Source: Owenia fusiformis (taxonomy: Eukaryota). Taken from it: DNA of 64,000 nucleotides. The position numbers were made by a program, and so were the translations under genes. Positions 63,561 to 64,000 of the stretch are shown here, piece after piece. Below the pieces are notes generated by a model. That model did not search any database. It was not told the DNA's origin and saw only the letters and a program-made list of their open reading frames with translations. The stretch is from the NCBI GenBank assembly GCA_903813345.2, contig CAIIXF020000001.1, positions 23,436,001 to 23,500,000 of the forward strand, in the 5' to 3' direction. Position 1 is the stretch's first letter, and each line of letters starts with the position of its first letter.

Positions 63561-64000
63561 ATATTCTGTGGGAATCAGAGCCGCGTTTTTTCCAGAAAAT
63601 AAATCTAATCTCGTCTCAGGGACGTAAATTACTTCTTGTATTAGAAAAGTAATGGTGATATGACATTCCCTGGTTCATAAACTATCATATCGCCAAATAT
63701 CAATGCAATTTGAAACAGAGTATCTACCATTTTTTCGAAAATAATCAAAAAAAAATATTGCGGTTATTTACAAAAATATATTATTTCAATTCGTATTCAT
63801 TTCGTTTCTTAGTATTAATCGTTACAATATTATATATAGACAGGTGGATATGTCTTGGATCAATGTACCGAGTTTGAACATGTCAGGTGGCCAAGAAAGG
63901 GTATAATTTAAAGAAATAAATCACCCCTGCTCTGCCATGTTTATTTTTAGGAAGATCGTTTTTTCCTAAATCAGAGCCACTTGTTTTGACCTTATCACTT

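Larger units (their letters stand above)
60526..64000. mobile_element. ~3.5-kb DNA transposon with long perfect TIRs; right end runs off the window
   Basis: 60539-60596 (aagtgataaggtcaaaacaagtggctctgatttaggaaaaaacgatcttcctaaaaat) is the exact reverse complement of 63943-64000. The left terminus is probably cacaccctggacg at 60526. Confidence 0.88.

Overview
This is AT-rich, intron-rich eukaryotic DNA, probably from a marine invertebrate (lophotrochozoan-like; an inference from gene and repeat types). I reconstructed by hand six spliced protein-coding genes whose GT-AG exon phases join into open frames, plus one intronless gene and one tRNA-Ala(TGC). In order, the protein genes are: the 3' part of an unknown Cys-containing protein (+); an AAC4-like protein (-); a PAG1/Cbp-like transmembrane adaptor with about 17 YxxI/V motifs and a tandem EPxY repeat (+); an unknown secreted protein nested antisense in that adaptor's last intron (-); a PAF-acetylhydrolase (-); an ER-type JmjC protein with an atypical HxH metal motif, a degenerate EF-hand and C-terminal HDEL, head-to-head with the PAF-acetylhydrolase (+); and an intronless 4-TM protein (+). 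Introns and intergenic DNA are full of non-autonomous DNA transposons (MITEs, foldback, Helentron-like and hairpin elements), including a three-element nest. The window ends inside the right TIR of a ~3.5-kb transposon with at least 58 bp of perfect TIR and decayed coding remnants. No database searches were run; family calls rest on recognised motifs.
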